DNA from: Hydrolagus colliei
Taxonomy: Eukaryota
Direction of reading: 5' to 3'
NCBI GenBank assembly: GCA_035084275.1
Contig: CM068763.1
Coordinates: forward strand, 7,874,001 to 7,938,000
DNA length: 64,000 nt
In this document: one piece after another, positions 11,300 to 23,864 of the stretch
Numbering within the stretch: position 1 is the stretch's first letter
How the letters are laid out: each line of letters opens with the position of its first letter
Program-made: the position numbers and the translations under genes
Notes under the pieces: model-generated
What the model was told of the DNA's origin: nothing
The model's input: the letters and a program-made list of their open reading frames with translations, nothing else
Database searches by the model: none

Positions 11300-13028
11300 G
11301 CTCTCTCCTTCCCCTCTTTTAGATCACATCTGAAGACCCTCCTCTTCGACCACACTGATGGTCACCTCCTCCCTCCCCGCGGCTCGGCACCCTGACGCTT
11401 CCCAGAGTTAAGTGCTCTGTGTGAAGGGCACTGTATAAATGCAAGTTGTTGTTGTTGTTGAATCCTCCACTTCCCCACCACCCACCCCACTTTCACATGT
11501 GCCTGCGGCTTCACTCAAACCTGCCATTCTGGGAGGAAAAGGACAAAATCTTGCATTTTCCAGCAGCTCCGTGGAATGTGTGAAAGCGTTTCACACATTC
11601 TGTGAAGTGCCAGTACAGAGAGCGCAGGTTTGCGTCAGCAACAATTCAACCCACAAGTCAACAAGTCAATGACAGATTGGAGGAGGAGAGAGGGAACTGG
11701 AAATAAATATTCAGTTTGTTGGGTCTCAAATTTCAAAAAAGAAAAAAAAAACGTGGAAGGAAACCAGCCACGGGAGGGAGAGACGAGGGGGAGACTTCAC
11801 AGTGAAGCCATTCAGCGTGATAAAGTTCACGCTGCATTGCATTATCCTCCTCGCCTGGAGGTGCTAACTCGCGCTGCAGGACGCCCCGCACGTCTCGGTT
11901 GAGGCGTTACTGCCGGCTGAGCTCAGCCAGTTCAGGTGGACGTGAAAGATGTGGTGTTGTTACGATGGGTGCGGAGTGACGGGTTACAGACCTCGCTGCA
12001 CTAATGGATCGGGATAAAATTTATACCAAACAGTTACAATTGCTCTCCGCCTTGCCAGCACCGAGATAGACATTCCTGTGGAATCAGCAGAGTGGCTTAG
12101 ATTGGTCACAAGCTGCCCGTTTGCTCCCCAGCTCATCTGATATCCCATCACTCTGGAGCTTAATAGCTGGGGAAAGGCTTTACCAAAGCCAGCGCCCGAG
12201 ATGGCTTTTCCATATGTCCCCAAACTGCCTCTCGGCCTCCCTGCCTCTGCCACAGTTCCTGGGACAGACACACCAGCTGTCCTATTGAGAGCATTAAATC
12301 TCTGGGAGAGGAGAATTCGGAGACAAGGAAGTTGTATAACACACTCAGTGATATTTTGATTTGTTCCGAGCTGGGAGTGGAGGAGGAAACTGCTGCTTTA
12401 GTGCACCTACTCACAGAGAGAGAGAGAGTTTAACAGCTTAAATAGTGCAGAAGTGTGAAATTCCACCTTGTCTCACCCCGTGGGATCATTTTGTCTTACA
12501 ATTTAAAGATTGTGCAGAATTGTGGCAAAATTTCTCAGTTTAATCTTAATCTTGACACCGGTTCTTTTTCTGTGAAGGCTTTTGAAACGTCTTAATGATG
12601 TGATAAGGCGCTATATCAAATGCAAAGATGATTAATATTATTATCAATAACAAGAATTGAACAAAAGCAGCTTTAAAATTTAGATTTTTTCCCCAGATTC
12701 TGTATCATCTTAAATTTTAAGGCATTAACTGGCTGACTTTCCCTCTCACCGCTTAAGAGTTACCTAGGACAGTAATTCGCCAATGTAGTTTAGTAAGGAT
12801 GTAGCTGTAAACAAACCGAGATCAAGTAACTCAGGGTAGAAGCTGGAAAAGTGACTTGAGTCAGAGGCTGGAAGAAAGTGTAAAGTAGCTATGAGATGCT
12901 GACACTCAGGTCATTCAGTCAGGGCCACAGACATCTGGCTTTTGTTAAATGGTCAGCAAAGTGAATGATAAGAAATGGAGAGGCTGGAACCGGGCCTCCA
13001 CTGAGCTGTTTGTGGAATTTGATTCCAC

Positions 13029-13059
<31 letters not shown>

Positions 13060-13809
13060 ACTCTCAATTACCCAAGACAAGCTGAAGACGTTTCTCAATG
13101 TTCCTCGCTAAGGTTATACAACTCTTGTGAACTCCATGCGAGCTACACTGACACTGGGACAAGCCTTACTGTCGCCATTGTAGACATTGCAACCCAACCA
13201 CACCATTGTGGTAATTCTCAGGCTGTTCCCGGAGGTGTAGTGCATAACTCCCTTCTCTCTCTGCCCACCCACCCACCCACTCCCTCCTCCCTGCCCCCTC
13301 CCCACCCCAGCGGGAGGCCTCTGGAGGGTGGTTAGAGCTGCTACTGTGAAGGGAGGAGTGCTGGACCCACCAATGACATTGTACCGAAGCAACTTGCGTT
13401 CGTAAACAATGCATTTGCCAAGTGCTTGTTCTCAGGAGGTCTTTAACTGAGCGATGGTTAAGACGAGACATTTTTGTTGTGGCCCTCGAGTTTTTCTCAA
13501 GCTCACAAGAGAACGTTGGGATTAACGAAGGTCCTTTGGCCCATTTGATTCCATCATTCCAGAATACCTATTGAGAAGACACGAACCCTTAAATACAATT
13601 CCAACCACATTTATAGGAGACACACAAACGTATATTATAGCATCAGTGATATTCTCTGAAGGGCTATCACTTAATTCTCACTCCCTTTCCCCCTGAACTT
13701 TCTGTATTTTCCTTTACACCTTTTTCTTTCGTTCTCTTTTAAAAAGACATTATGATGGACTCTTGCTTCTCTCTGAACCTTTAGTAGGGCATTCCCCATG
13801 TACTGTTTT

Positions 13810-14072
13810 TGAATCCAGGCATGTCAGGGCGAAACCTTGGGCAAGTTTCCTTACTCCACACGCCTAATAATAATCCATCCAAAAAAAAAACAATAATAAA
13901 TTGGTCATTTCAATCCACGACTGTATGTGGGGGACGTTGCTGTGCGCAATTGGCTGCCGTGTTTCGCCCACAAATATACAGTCAATTCACTTTACAGTAT
14001 ATTCTGTGAAGAGCTTTGAGACGTTGATAAGATGTGCAAAGCGCTGTATCAAATGCAAAGATTATTATTATT
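13810..14072 (+). mobile_element. tRNA-derived SINE, 5'-truncated, next to a CR1 3' remnant (about 13505-13805, minus strand)
   Basis: Matches the SINE body and tail. Confidence 0.85.
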
Positions 14073-15444
14073 ATGACTGATAACGTGCTGCATCAAGACA
14101 ATCCTTTCTCTCTCCCATTCTATTTGTGTATTATCCAACACGTCCCACCTTAACGGCAACTATTGCCTGGGCCAGTAAGCTGGGAATGCCAGGAAGCCAT
14201 CGCTCATTGCGTTGGGTCCCTTGTGCAGAGAGACAGCTGTCCCGCTCACACTGTGCCTGGCCCCTTCAACATATCAAACATCAATATCACTGGCGACTAA
14301 CTGTAACCTTACACCCACTAACAGTGTGAAACTAATGGGGAATTCACATTGTACACACACAAGGGTATGTACGCTAACCTGCTGAACTCTGCGATACATA
14401 TCATCGTCCGTCCGTCTACCCCCCCCACCCTCCAAATACTGACCCAGGCTGGGACAAGGACATAGATCATCTCTGTACTCAGGCCAAATGGCAAACCTAG
14501 ATGGCGATGAATGGACTTCTCCCCCTTTCTGGCTCTCTCACCCCCACACCGCAGTCTGCAAACACCTGTAATGATGTTTCAGCGCCTTGAGATGTCCCCC
14601 CGTTGTGAAAGGCGCTATACAATTGTGTTGTTGTTGTTGTTGTTGTTGTCATCCTTCCACTTTTCCTCAGAAATTACAAATGAGTCACTCCGCTCAGTAA
14701 CACACACGGAGCAGGCAATATAACACGGCGTTCATGATTTACTTTCTCCTCAATCGCAGGTCCATTTTACTGAAGCAAGCCGGCTCCAGGGAGGGTTTGG
14801 TTTGTTCATCACTGAGAGGGAGAGAGGGCGTCTTTCAAGTCTGCAGGTGTAACATACACACAGTCACCCAATACTGGCACAGCGTCGCAGCGTTCAGGCT
14901 ATAATGTTCCAAATCCCTCTGATTAAATATTAAGTGAGAAATGACTAGAATGAACATTAGTGGCCAACAAGGATTGGACTCAAATCAAATGGTCTGTGGA
15001 GAACATGGGTTACTGCAGATAAACCTCATCGCCACATAAAACAACAAGAAATCACTTGTACATACAACGCCTTTCACATCAAGGTGATGAACAGTCAGGG
15101 ATTTAGATCCGAGCCGGGCATCGGGTTCAGGGGGGTGGAGGGCAGGGAGGGTAAGGGGCAGGAGGGTGACCAAAGGCGCAGTCGATAGAGAAATTACTAG
15201 GGTTTCTTTCACCTCTTCGGGGGTTAATGAGTGACACTGATTCTTAAACCACAGAATGTCACCACATTTAACTCCAGGATCTCAAGAGAAATGCATCAGT
15301 CAGTCAGTCAGTCAGTCAGTCACTCACCTGCATGTGGCTGAGGATCCCTCAGGCAGTCTGTCCCTCTCCCTGCCCAGCACCATGGCAACACCAGCAATAA
15401 AATGTCCCAAAGCTCAGAATTGGGGCTGCATCTTTACATAATCG

Positions 15445-15745
15445 CTTGTGTGTGTCTGTACCTGTGTGTGTGTACCTGTGTGTGTACCTGTGTGTGTGCC
15501 TGCCTGTGTCTCTGTATGTCTGTCTGTATTTGTGTCTGTCTAAATCTATGTGTGTGTGTGTCTGTCTCTCTGTGAAACAGTGTGAATGTGTGTCTCTACC
15601 TAATTGTGTGTGTGTCTCTCTCTACCTGTTTCTACATATGTCTGTATATCCGTCTGTTTCTGTCTGCATCTATCTCTGCGTCTGTCCATATGTATATATC
15701 TGTGTGTGTGTCTCTCTCTCTGTGTTGTGTGTTGGATGTCTGTAC
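15445..15745. repeat. Degenerate TG/TC low-complexity tract
   Basis: Imperfect (TG)n/(TC)n; source of the spurious Cys/Val-rich ORF 15446-15877. Confidence 0.85.
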
Positions 15746-16334
15746 AGAGTGAGGCTGAGTGAATCTCCTCCCACCTCTAACAGGATTGCTCCATGTGCCT
15801 GGAGAGAGAGCTCCTCCCAAGCCTCCCTGAGTCTCTCACGGATTATACAGACCTACATTAACCCTCATTCGAAATAATTCCAATTATTACACATTTTGCA
15901 TCTGATTTTTGTCAATACAAAATGACACCGACATTCATCAAACAATGTACAGTACCAGGATCCCATCTTCTTCTCTCTCTCCCTCCCTCCACTACATTTC
16001 TCCTTCTGCTTCTCTCTCTCTCTCTCTCTCTCCTGTTTAATGCTAATTCTGGGTATGGGAATTGGGAAGAAAAAAAATACTGTTCTCGGTGTCAACATCC
16101 TGCACATTGCGACGCACAAAAATAACACAAGAAAATCACCTTAAAAGTTATCTTTGGCTCCGCGGTTGTCAATAAAATCGCGCAGTGAGCGGATGTGGTG
16201 GGTTTATGGCTCTGACTAAGGGATCCATTCCGTGGACAAAAATCTCTGTGGAAAATTACAGGTGGTTTCTCTTAGCCAGGCTTAGCCATCGCTGCTTTAT
16301 TTGAAAACAGGAGTCACTGGGAACACGCCTCACA

Positions 16335-16875
16335 AGTCAGGCAGCATCTATGGAGAGAGGAAAGTCAGTTTCACTTTTCAGACCGATGACCTTCCGTCAG
16401 AATTGTTCAGGCTCGAATAATAATAATATAATAATAATCCTTGCATTTGATATGGTGCTTTTCACATCTTATCGACGTCTCAAAGCGCTTCACAGAATAT
16501 ACTATAAAGTGAATTGACTGTATATTTGTGGGTGAAACGCGGCAGCCAATTGCACACATCAGCGTCCCACAAACAGTCGTGTATTGAAATGACCAAGTTA
16601 TTAATTTTGTTTGATAGATTATTATGCGGCGTGAGTGTGGAGTAAGGAAAGTTGCCCAAGATTTCACCACATCTGCCTGGATTCGAACACAGGTCTTGCG
16701 CTTGTAAGGCGAGCGCTCTAACCACTGAGCTCCTTCTGCGCTGTAATATTCCGTGACCTGAAATGTTAACTCGCTTTTCTCTCTCCATAGATGCTGCCTG
16801 ATCTGCTGAACGTTCCCAGCGACTTCTGTTTTCTGTTTCAATATTCTCGGCGTCTGCAGTACTTTGCCTTTTGTT
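16335..16875. mobile_element. Palindromic Penelope-like non-autonomous element split by a SINE (SINE about 16414-16735, minus strand)
   Basis: Left arm tcaggcagcatctatggagagag is the reverse complement of right arm ctctctccatagatgctgcctga; same family as 34769-34950; the Penelope assignment is from recalled similarity to shark repeats. Confidence 0.6.
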
Positions 16876-19800
16876 GCTTTATTTTGAGTTCGGACTGTGG
16901 CCTGGAAAATGCGAGTCTGTGGCCAAATCGGGGGATGGAGCAATGTTACTCAGACAGAACACCTGGGTCTGAGAGACATTTGTTAGTGAAACTTTAAACC
17001 CAGAACTTGGGGGTGTGTACCGTCTTTACACTGAGTGCTGTACAGTCCCTGCCACCCCCCCACCCCGTACTCCGTTTTCACTGCCCTGACCTCAAAAATA
17101 TTTTTCCCGAATTCAATAATTGTTCTTAAATACTGTATTCCCTTAAAAAATTATAAGGATTGGTTTGTGGGATAAACCAATCCTTGGTCTGTGCGTAATT
17201 GGCTGCCAAATTTCACCCAAAAAATAAGAGATATTTCATTTGACAGTTTATTTAGCGCTTTGTGACATCTCAATGGCGTAATCGGGAGTTATATCAAATG
17301 CAAGGATTACTATTATTATTATGAATAAATTGGGACTAAAATCCCTGAGCGGTGGCGGTGGGGGGGGAGTGGGGGGGCTGAGTGACTGATGTCCTCGCCC
17401 CCACCACAACAGGCAGCATCAACCCATGTATGGAAAGGCAGCAAACAGAACACTCCACGTACACCACTGAACGCAAAACTGTCAGAAGCGAAACCCACTT
17501 GGAAAGCTTCAAACATCAGGCTGAGCTGCCGTGAGCTGAGTTATGCTTTTGTTCTGCTATTTTCTTCCCTCGTTCTCACCAGCCACTGCCACATCTGCTC
17601 CACGTTACACACAAAATTAGCCTGAAACTTGCATCACAGCAGCATGGCATTTCCTCATGTGTTAGAAGCTGTGTTGAGTTCGATCCGAATCCTCGCTCGT
17701 CCTTTTCCAAGCGAGGGACACTCAACGTGTCCGCGTGCCTTCAATTTATCCTGGGTTTCACCCGCAAATGTGCAATCAATTCACTTTACAGTATATTCTG
17801 TGAAGTGCTTCGAAGCGTCTCGTGGACGTGATGAGGCGCTATATCAAATGTAAGGATTATTATTTTTATTAGTATTATTATTATGCTTGCCTGTAACTCA
17901 CTCCCGCGGGCTGGAGTTCCAGAGGATGTGGGCAGGTGAAGCACATGAAGTAGGCTGGGGCCTGCTGAGCGAAGGGAGCGGGCAGGTTTAGGAAGTTTCA
18001 GAGCTAGTGGGGGAGTGAGGCTCTGTGTCATGGAAAGCCAAAGTATGCGGTTGAGAGAGTCACAGAGCCTAGTGGGGTAGAGGACATGGGCCGCAGACCA
18101 GGATGATCTGCAGCCTGTGGAGGGAGGAGTTGGGGAGGCCGACGAGTAAAGGGTTTGCACAGCTAAGGGTTTCGGCAGCCTGTGGTGTGAGAAGGTGATA
18201 GAACCGGGCAATGTTGCAGGGAAGGAAGAGCAGTCATGACATGAATGTGGGGAGAAAGGATAGTTGAGGCTCAAAAAAGGCCAAGTTTCTGGACGAGCTT
18301 AGAAAGGTGGAATGTGCAGCCAAGGATGGTAATGCTGTCAGCACCTGAGGTGTGGAGATGCTGATGGAAGCCAAACAAGGGGTGGCTCGGTCTTGTTGGA
18401 AGTTCAACTGAATTAAAAATTAGCTCTCATCCAGGCCTTGATTTCTGATAGGCATTCAAGACAGCAGTGTTTCTGGAGTTAAAGGTTGGGTGTGAGCTGC
18501 GCACATGTTAAAGTTGAATTGTAGTGAAGAGCACGAACATTAAACAATTTTAGTTTAAAAACCAAATACAGTAGTAAATTATTATCCAGTGTTTTTTATT
18601 TAAATGGATGGATTTGCACTGCAGTTCTCATCAAACTAGAACTACAGGTTCTTTCGGTTAACGGCCTTCGATCTCCCTGTCCTGGCTTCTAATCTATAAA
18701 CAAGACACAGACCCAGCAGAGAGCTGGGATGAAGATGTGACTGTAACTGATGTTTGGTGTGAGTGATGCTCATGATGTTTCCCACATCGAGCTCTGTAAC
18801 ACTTTGATGTTCAGACCAATTGTAGGTCAACCTGTGACATTGGCCAGGAAAAGCACAGTAATCGGAGTTTGGCATCAGAGGGAGAAATCTGACATCGAGG
18901 GAAAAATTGGGCACTTTTCAATGTGTGTGGAACAGGAGTAGCTCAGCCCTGAGAGAGGAACCCCCCACACACCACCAGTCCTATTGAGGTTCAGTTTAGC
19001 ACAGCCCTGAGAGAAGGAAGATCTCCAGTCCCAAGATTACTGCAGGCGATGATGGTTCGGTTGAACTCTCAGAGAATTTGCTCCTCCGAGGATGAGTGAA
19101 ATATGAGCACATCTGGACAGCTGTGGATTCCTGTTTCCTGTTAAGTGTGGAAATGTAAAATAATTGGCTATAAATCTTACAGGAGGAGCCGTGGCAACTT
19201 CCTGCTTTGGGCCTCTTCATTTGTTGAACTGCTGAAAATGGAAGGTCAGATCCAGAGTCAAAGGTTTCCATTGGATCTTTAAACCCCAGTTCCTGGTACC
19301 AAGATAATCAGAGATCTGCAGATTTTAAACGTGAAGTAGAGATATGTGTATGTATATATATAGATGGAAGTGTCTGTGACCTGTAATTGTGAAGATGCAT
19401 GTGGAAGAATGTCTGTGTGTGTATCTGTGTTTATGTACCTTGACTCAGTGATTCCTTTGGGTCAAAAGGTTGCTTTAAACCTAAATCCATTGGGATAAGT
19501 TCGGTCTGACACTCCAGAACATTGTTTTGTTGGATGAGTCATCCTTTGGATGAGGCAATAAAACCAAGAACCTATCAGCCTGTGAACATTAAAAATAGCA
19601 CAATGTTGGAAACGGAAAAGATCAACATGCTAACTGCAAAAACACTAGCTCAGCCTTGAGAGGAGCCCACACAGACATACACACACACACGCGCGCGCAT
19701 ACATGCATAGAATCACATACACAGATGAGAGTTGGGCTCCTATAATAAGGATTACTTACAACAGCAGCTGCCCTGGATCAGAAATCAACAGCTGGGAAGT

Positions 19801-21064
19801 CTCCGGAATAGGCCTATCCCAGCTCCATCAGTGGACTGCTGTGGGCTAAGGGAATGCTCCTTCCCACAGCCTCCTGTCAACATCCAGCTAACGAGAGCTT
19901 CATCCCATCAGCAAACACCTGCTAAAGCTTCACTATCAGCTGACTTTAGACTCAGCAAATAACAGTGATGCAGTGAGTCCCACTCCCGCCATATATACAG
20001 TATATATATATATTATATAATATATATGTATACTGTATATATATATACTGTTTACACATACAATCAGGGATTTCACACATGGTCTGTGGATAACCACTGC
20101 AAAGCCAAAGCTTGTAGAAGGACGTGGATATGCTATGACACAGGGATGATGGATTGGTTTTGTGCTGGGCAAACAAGGAACCTCTTGAGAACAGATGATG
20201 AAACACAAGGATTACAGGAACTGTATTTACAGCAGAGCCAACTAACCACCTGCCTCCCTCTGGTGGTGACAGCTGGGATGCTCACCCAGGCAAAGCCACT
20301 TTATGACTTGAGATATAACTACACACACACATTGCTTACTACAGAAAACACATAAACCTTCGTTATCTCACGACAGAATCATTGTCAGATTCACAGTAAT
20401 ATTTCTTTCCCTTTTTTTAAAACCAAAACCAACTGCTGGTAACATGAGGGAGGGGTGGGGGGTGGATGCAGAGAGGGTAATAAATCAGTGTGGGTGTGGA
20501 CAGGATTGGGGTGTAAAAAGCCTGGCAAGAATGTAGGAGAAACTCAAGACAGGCAGGGGGAAAAGAGTTCAACAGTATGGAGGTCAATGGAGCAATGAGT
20601 CTGGAATTCAACCCAGTGTTACATGCAAGTGATGAGATGTTGGGCAGTGAGTGTGTGTGTATGGCTGTGAATGACTGGACCCTGCATGTTGCCAGGTAGC
20701 CAATGTCACAAACCTCCCACTGGCTGATTCGCCCCCTTTGAGGCCATCAGTGTCACAATGAAGTAACTGAGAAACGAGTTTAGAGCCACCTTTAATATTA
20801 ATCCTACCATACGTCCCCTGTTCATTTTCTGGTGTTTATTAAGTTCCATTTATCTGAAGGAATTCACTCTCATTTCTCCTCTATTTTCTTGTGGCTGATT
20901 CTGGTTCTCCCCCTCGTGTCTGGCTTCCTCTCTGCTTCCAACCTGGACAGTGGTCCATCGCCAGCAATCGCTCACCTTGCACACTAGACATGCACCATTA
21001 CATGGCAGGCAGCAGAAACTTCTATGTTGGCTCTTAGCGAGTCTGAGCCATAATATAATCGCAA

Positions 21065-21615
21065 GATTATAATAATTAATGATGTTCCTTGCATTTTGAT
21101 ATAGCGCTTTTCATGTCTTCTAGACGTCTCAAAGCACGTCACAGAAAGCAACAATAAAATTACATTTGTATAGCGCCTTTCACGCCAGGAGGACATCCCA
21201 AGGCACTGGACATTCACTGCTTCAGACCCAAGCTGGGGACGGGGGTGGGGGGAAAAGGAGTTGCCGATGGGTCCATCGAAGAGGAGTCTTGAGGCGAGAC
21301 TTGAAGGAGGCCATGGAGGGGGCATGGCGGAGGGGCTTTGGAATGGAGTTCCAAAGGTTGGGGGCAAAGTGGCTGAAGGCTCGCCCGCCAATGAAAATAC
21401 TGTAAAGTGAACTGACTGTATATTTGTGGGTGAAACGCGGCAGCCAATTGCACACAGCAGTGTCCCACAAACAGTCGTGGATTGAAATGACCAATTTTAT
21501 TATTGTTTTTTTGAGGGATTATTACTTGCCCAAGGTTTTCGCCCTGACCTGCCTAGATTCGAACATAGGTCTCACACTTGTAAGGCGAATGCTGTAACCA
21601 CTGAGTTACAGGGCT
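21065..21615 (-). mobile_element. SINE interrupted by an L2 3' fragment (about 21150-21392)
   Basis: SINE tail, then L2 tail and 3' region, then the SINE body resumes at aatactgtaaagtg and runs to the tRNA head. Confidence 0.85.
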
Positions 21616-23799
21616 CAGTATTAAACTTGTAACTAGTTTACAGCATTCCAGATTCACACGACATGCATTCACAGAAAACCCAACCCACCCACACAGTGAT
21701 GAGTATCCATTTCAAATAAAATTTATTTGTAAGAAATAACAATACTAAATTACAATGAAGTCTCTGCGGCCACAATGGATACAAGTGTATACTTCAGGCA
21801 GTTCATTGGAGTGTGTGAGACGTGTAACATCTAAAGACTTTCCCACAATAACCCGAAGTGTCTTGCAGTCTCTCGTGGATCCAGTGGATTCGGGCTGAAG
21901 CACTGAATTTATATTTAAAAATTCTAAAACATATATTGATCCCAATTATTATTTGGCAAAAGGCTGACAGCAGAATATGTCTGAAGGGCAAAGGGATAAG
22001 CTTGAGAAGGTATCCCACGTTGTCTAGCTGAAATAGAAAAGATTTGAGTTAGAATCCTGTATCAGGCATTTGTAATATCTAGAGGATGTGATAAGGAGTT
22101 ATAACAAATGAAATAATAATAATAATTATTATTAAATACAATTTCCATATCTTAAACATTTTGAAGTGGATGCTATTTAACATTCAAACTTGCTCTGTTT
22201 AAGGACAATGTGCCATTATATGCCATTATAGACTAATAATATCCAAATACAACTCTATTCATTTATGTAATAATAAATAATAATAATTCATCCAAAAAAA
22301 CACAAAAATAAAAATTGGTCATTTCAATTCACGACTGTTTGTGGGACGCTCCTGTGTGCAATTGGCTGCCGCATTTCGCCCATAAAAATACAGTGAATTC
22401 GCTTTATAGTATATTCTATAAGCTCTTTGAGACGTCGATAAGATGTGATAAGTGCTGTATCAAATGCAAGGATTATTATTATCATCATGTATATGTCAAT
22501 AATAATGAGTCCTATTACATGTAGCAATTGCAGGTCATCGATCCTTGGCAGACAAGGCAATTTCCAATGCCTTGTTTATTACTAACCCCAAGATCTTAAG
22601 ATTTTGAAACTGACTGGCTCCTTCTGATTTTTCTATCAAACATTTACCCTTCCTTGCGTCAATGCCATTAGTTCACCCCAGTGAGCGCTAATTTGATTGA
22701 TAACTATCAGCAGATTGTGCAAGTATACAGGCTTCAAATTTTCACGTCTATTCACTTTAGTGCCAGGTTAGAACACACACTTTGCACTTTGGTTGCAGAT
22801 TAATTACATTTTGCTACAACAAGCTAGACAAAATCCCATTTCAGTTGAACATTTGTGTTTGTGTTTCATTGGAAGTAATCCCATTAGATGACCCATAACA
22901 AGAGAGATCACGAAGGCCCTCGAACAAACAAGTAATGGATGCTGCATTGTGTAGAGGAAATAACTTGTTCTGTGCAGACTGGCTGTATATTTCCATCAGA
23001 GGCAGTCTGGAGGAAATTGCACCTTAAAATCAAGCTTAAAAAAAGTAAATTCTGAAGAGCTGTAAACTGCCAGCTAAACAAATCTGTTCCATGGACCAAA
23101 ATAAGTGTTTTGCTACCATAAAATATCATGCACCTGGCTATTAATACTGATCTATTGTCAGAACAATTTACTGAAAGTGTTAGTCAGACTAGTTAGTGCA
23201 CTGCTTAGCATTGTAATTATCCTGCAATAACAGTAAACTCTCCAAGGATTTACACATCATTGGTTGGGAGGGAGAAATCATTATCCAGGTTTAAATTGAC
23301 AACATTTCTGAGCCTCAAACATTTTGCCCCTTTTGACTAAGGATTACTACCATTTCTGACTCTTTCGCCAGTCAGTGATGGATTAGATCTTGGCAATCAT
23401 CCAACAGCCTAATGTTTAATTCAAGTGCCAGTTCAGGAACATTCTGCTTCAGAGCTGAGGAATAATTATTCGGTAGAGGAAAAACTGTCACATCTGGTGC
23501 CTCTATAATCTGGCCAACAAGATTAATCACCAAATTCTGAGGATGTTTCATAAACGTTCAGATGCCTAAGGATATTAAAGGGATCTGGGGAATCATGAAA
23601 TTCCATTGGGTAAAAGGGCTTTTCCCATGATCAGCAATCTTCGAATGAGTGAGGCAGCCTGAGAGCAAATATGGGTACATTAGTATTCCAGAAAGCAAGG
23701 CTTCTGTTGTCAATGTTTATCTTATGAAGTCTGGGTCACATAGAAGGTGACTCGTGGTCAATAGTGGAACAAGTTGGACTGTAAAATGTAATTGCTCAA

Positions 23800-23864
23800 T
23801 TTAGCGCCTTGGGACGTCCTCCCGACGTGAAAGGCGCTATATAAATGTAAATTGTTGTTGTTGT
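23800..23864 (+). mobile_element. Ultra-short L2 3' terminus (hairpin plus (TTG)n only)
   Basis: Reads identical to the terminal ~64 bp of the L2 at about 8585-8648. Confidence 0.9.

Noticed and set aside
10616-11395. Long ORFs spanning 10.6-11.4 kb
   Set aside because: Artefacts of the N gap
12405-15330. Consensus donors at 12414 and 15327 as FAM110D 5'UTR exons
   Set aside because: Plausible, but cannot be paired with acceptors or a start site from sequence alone
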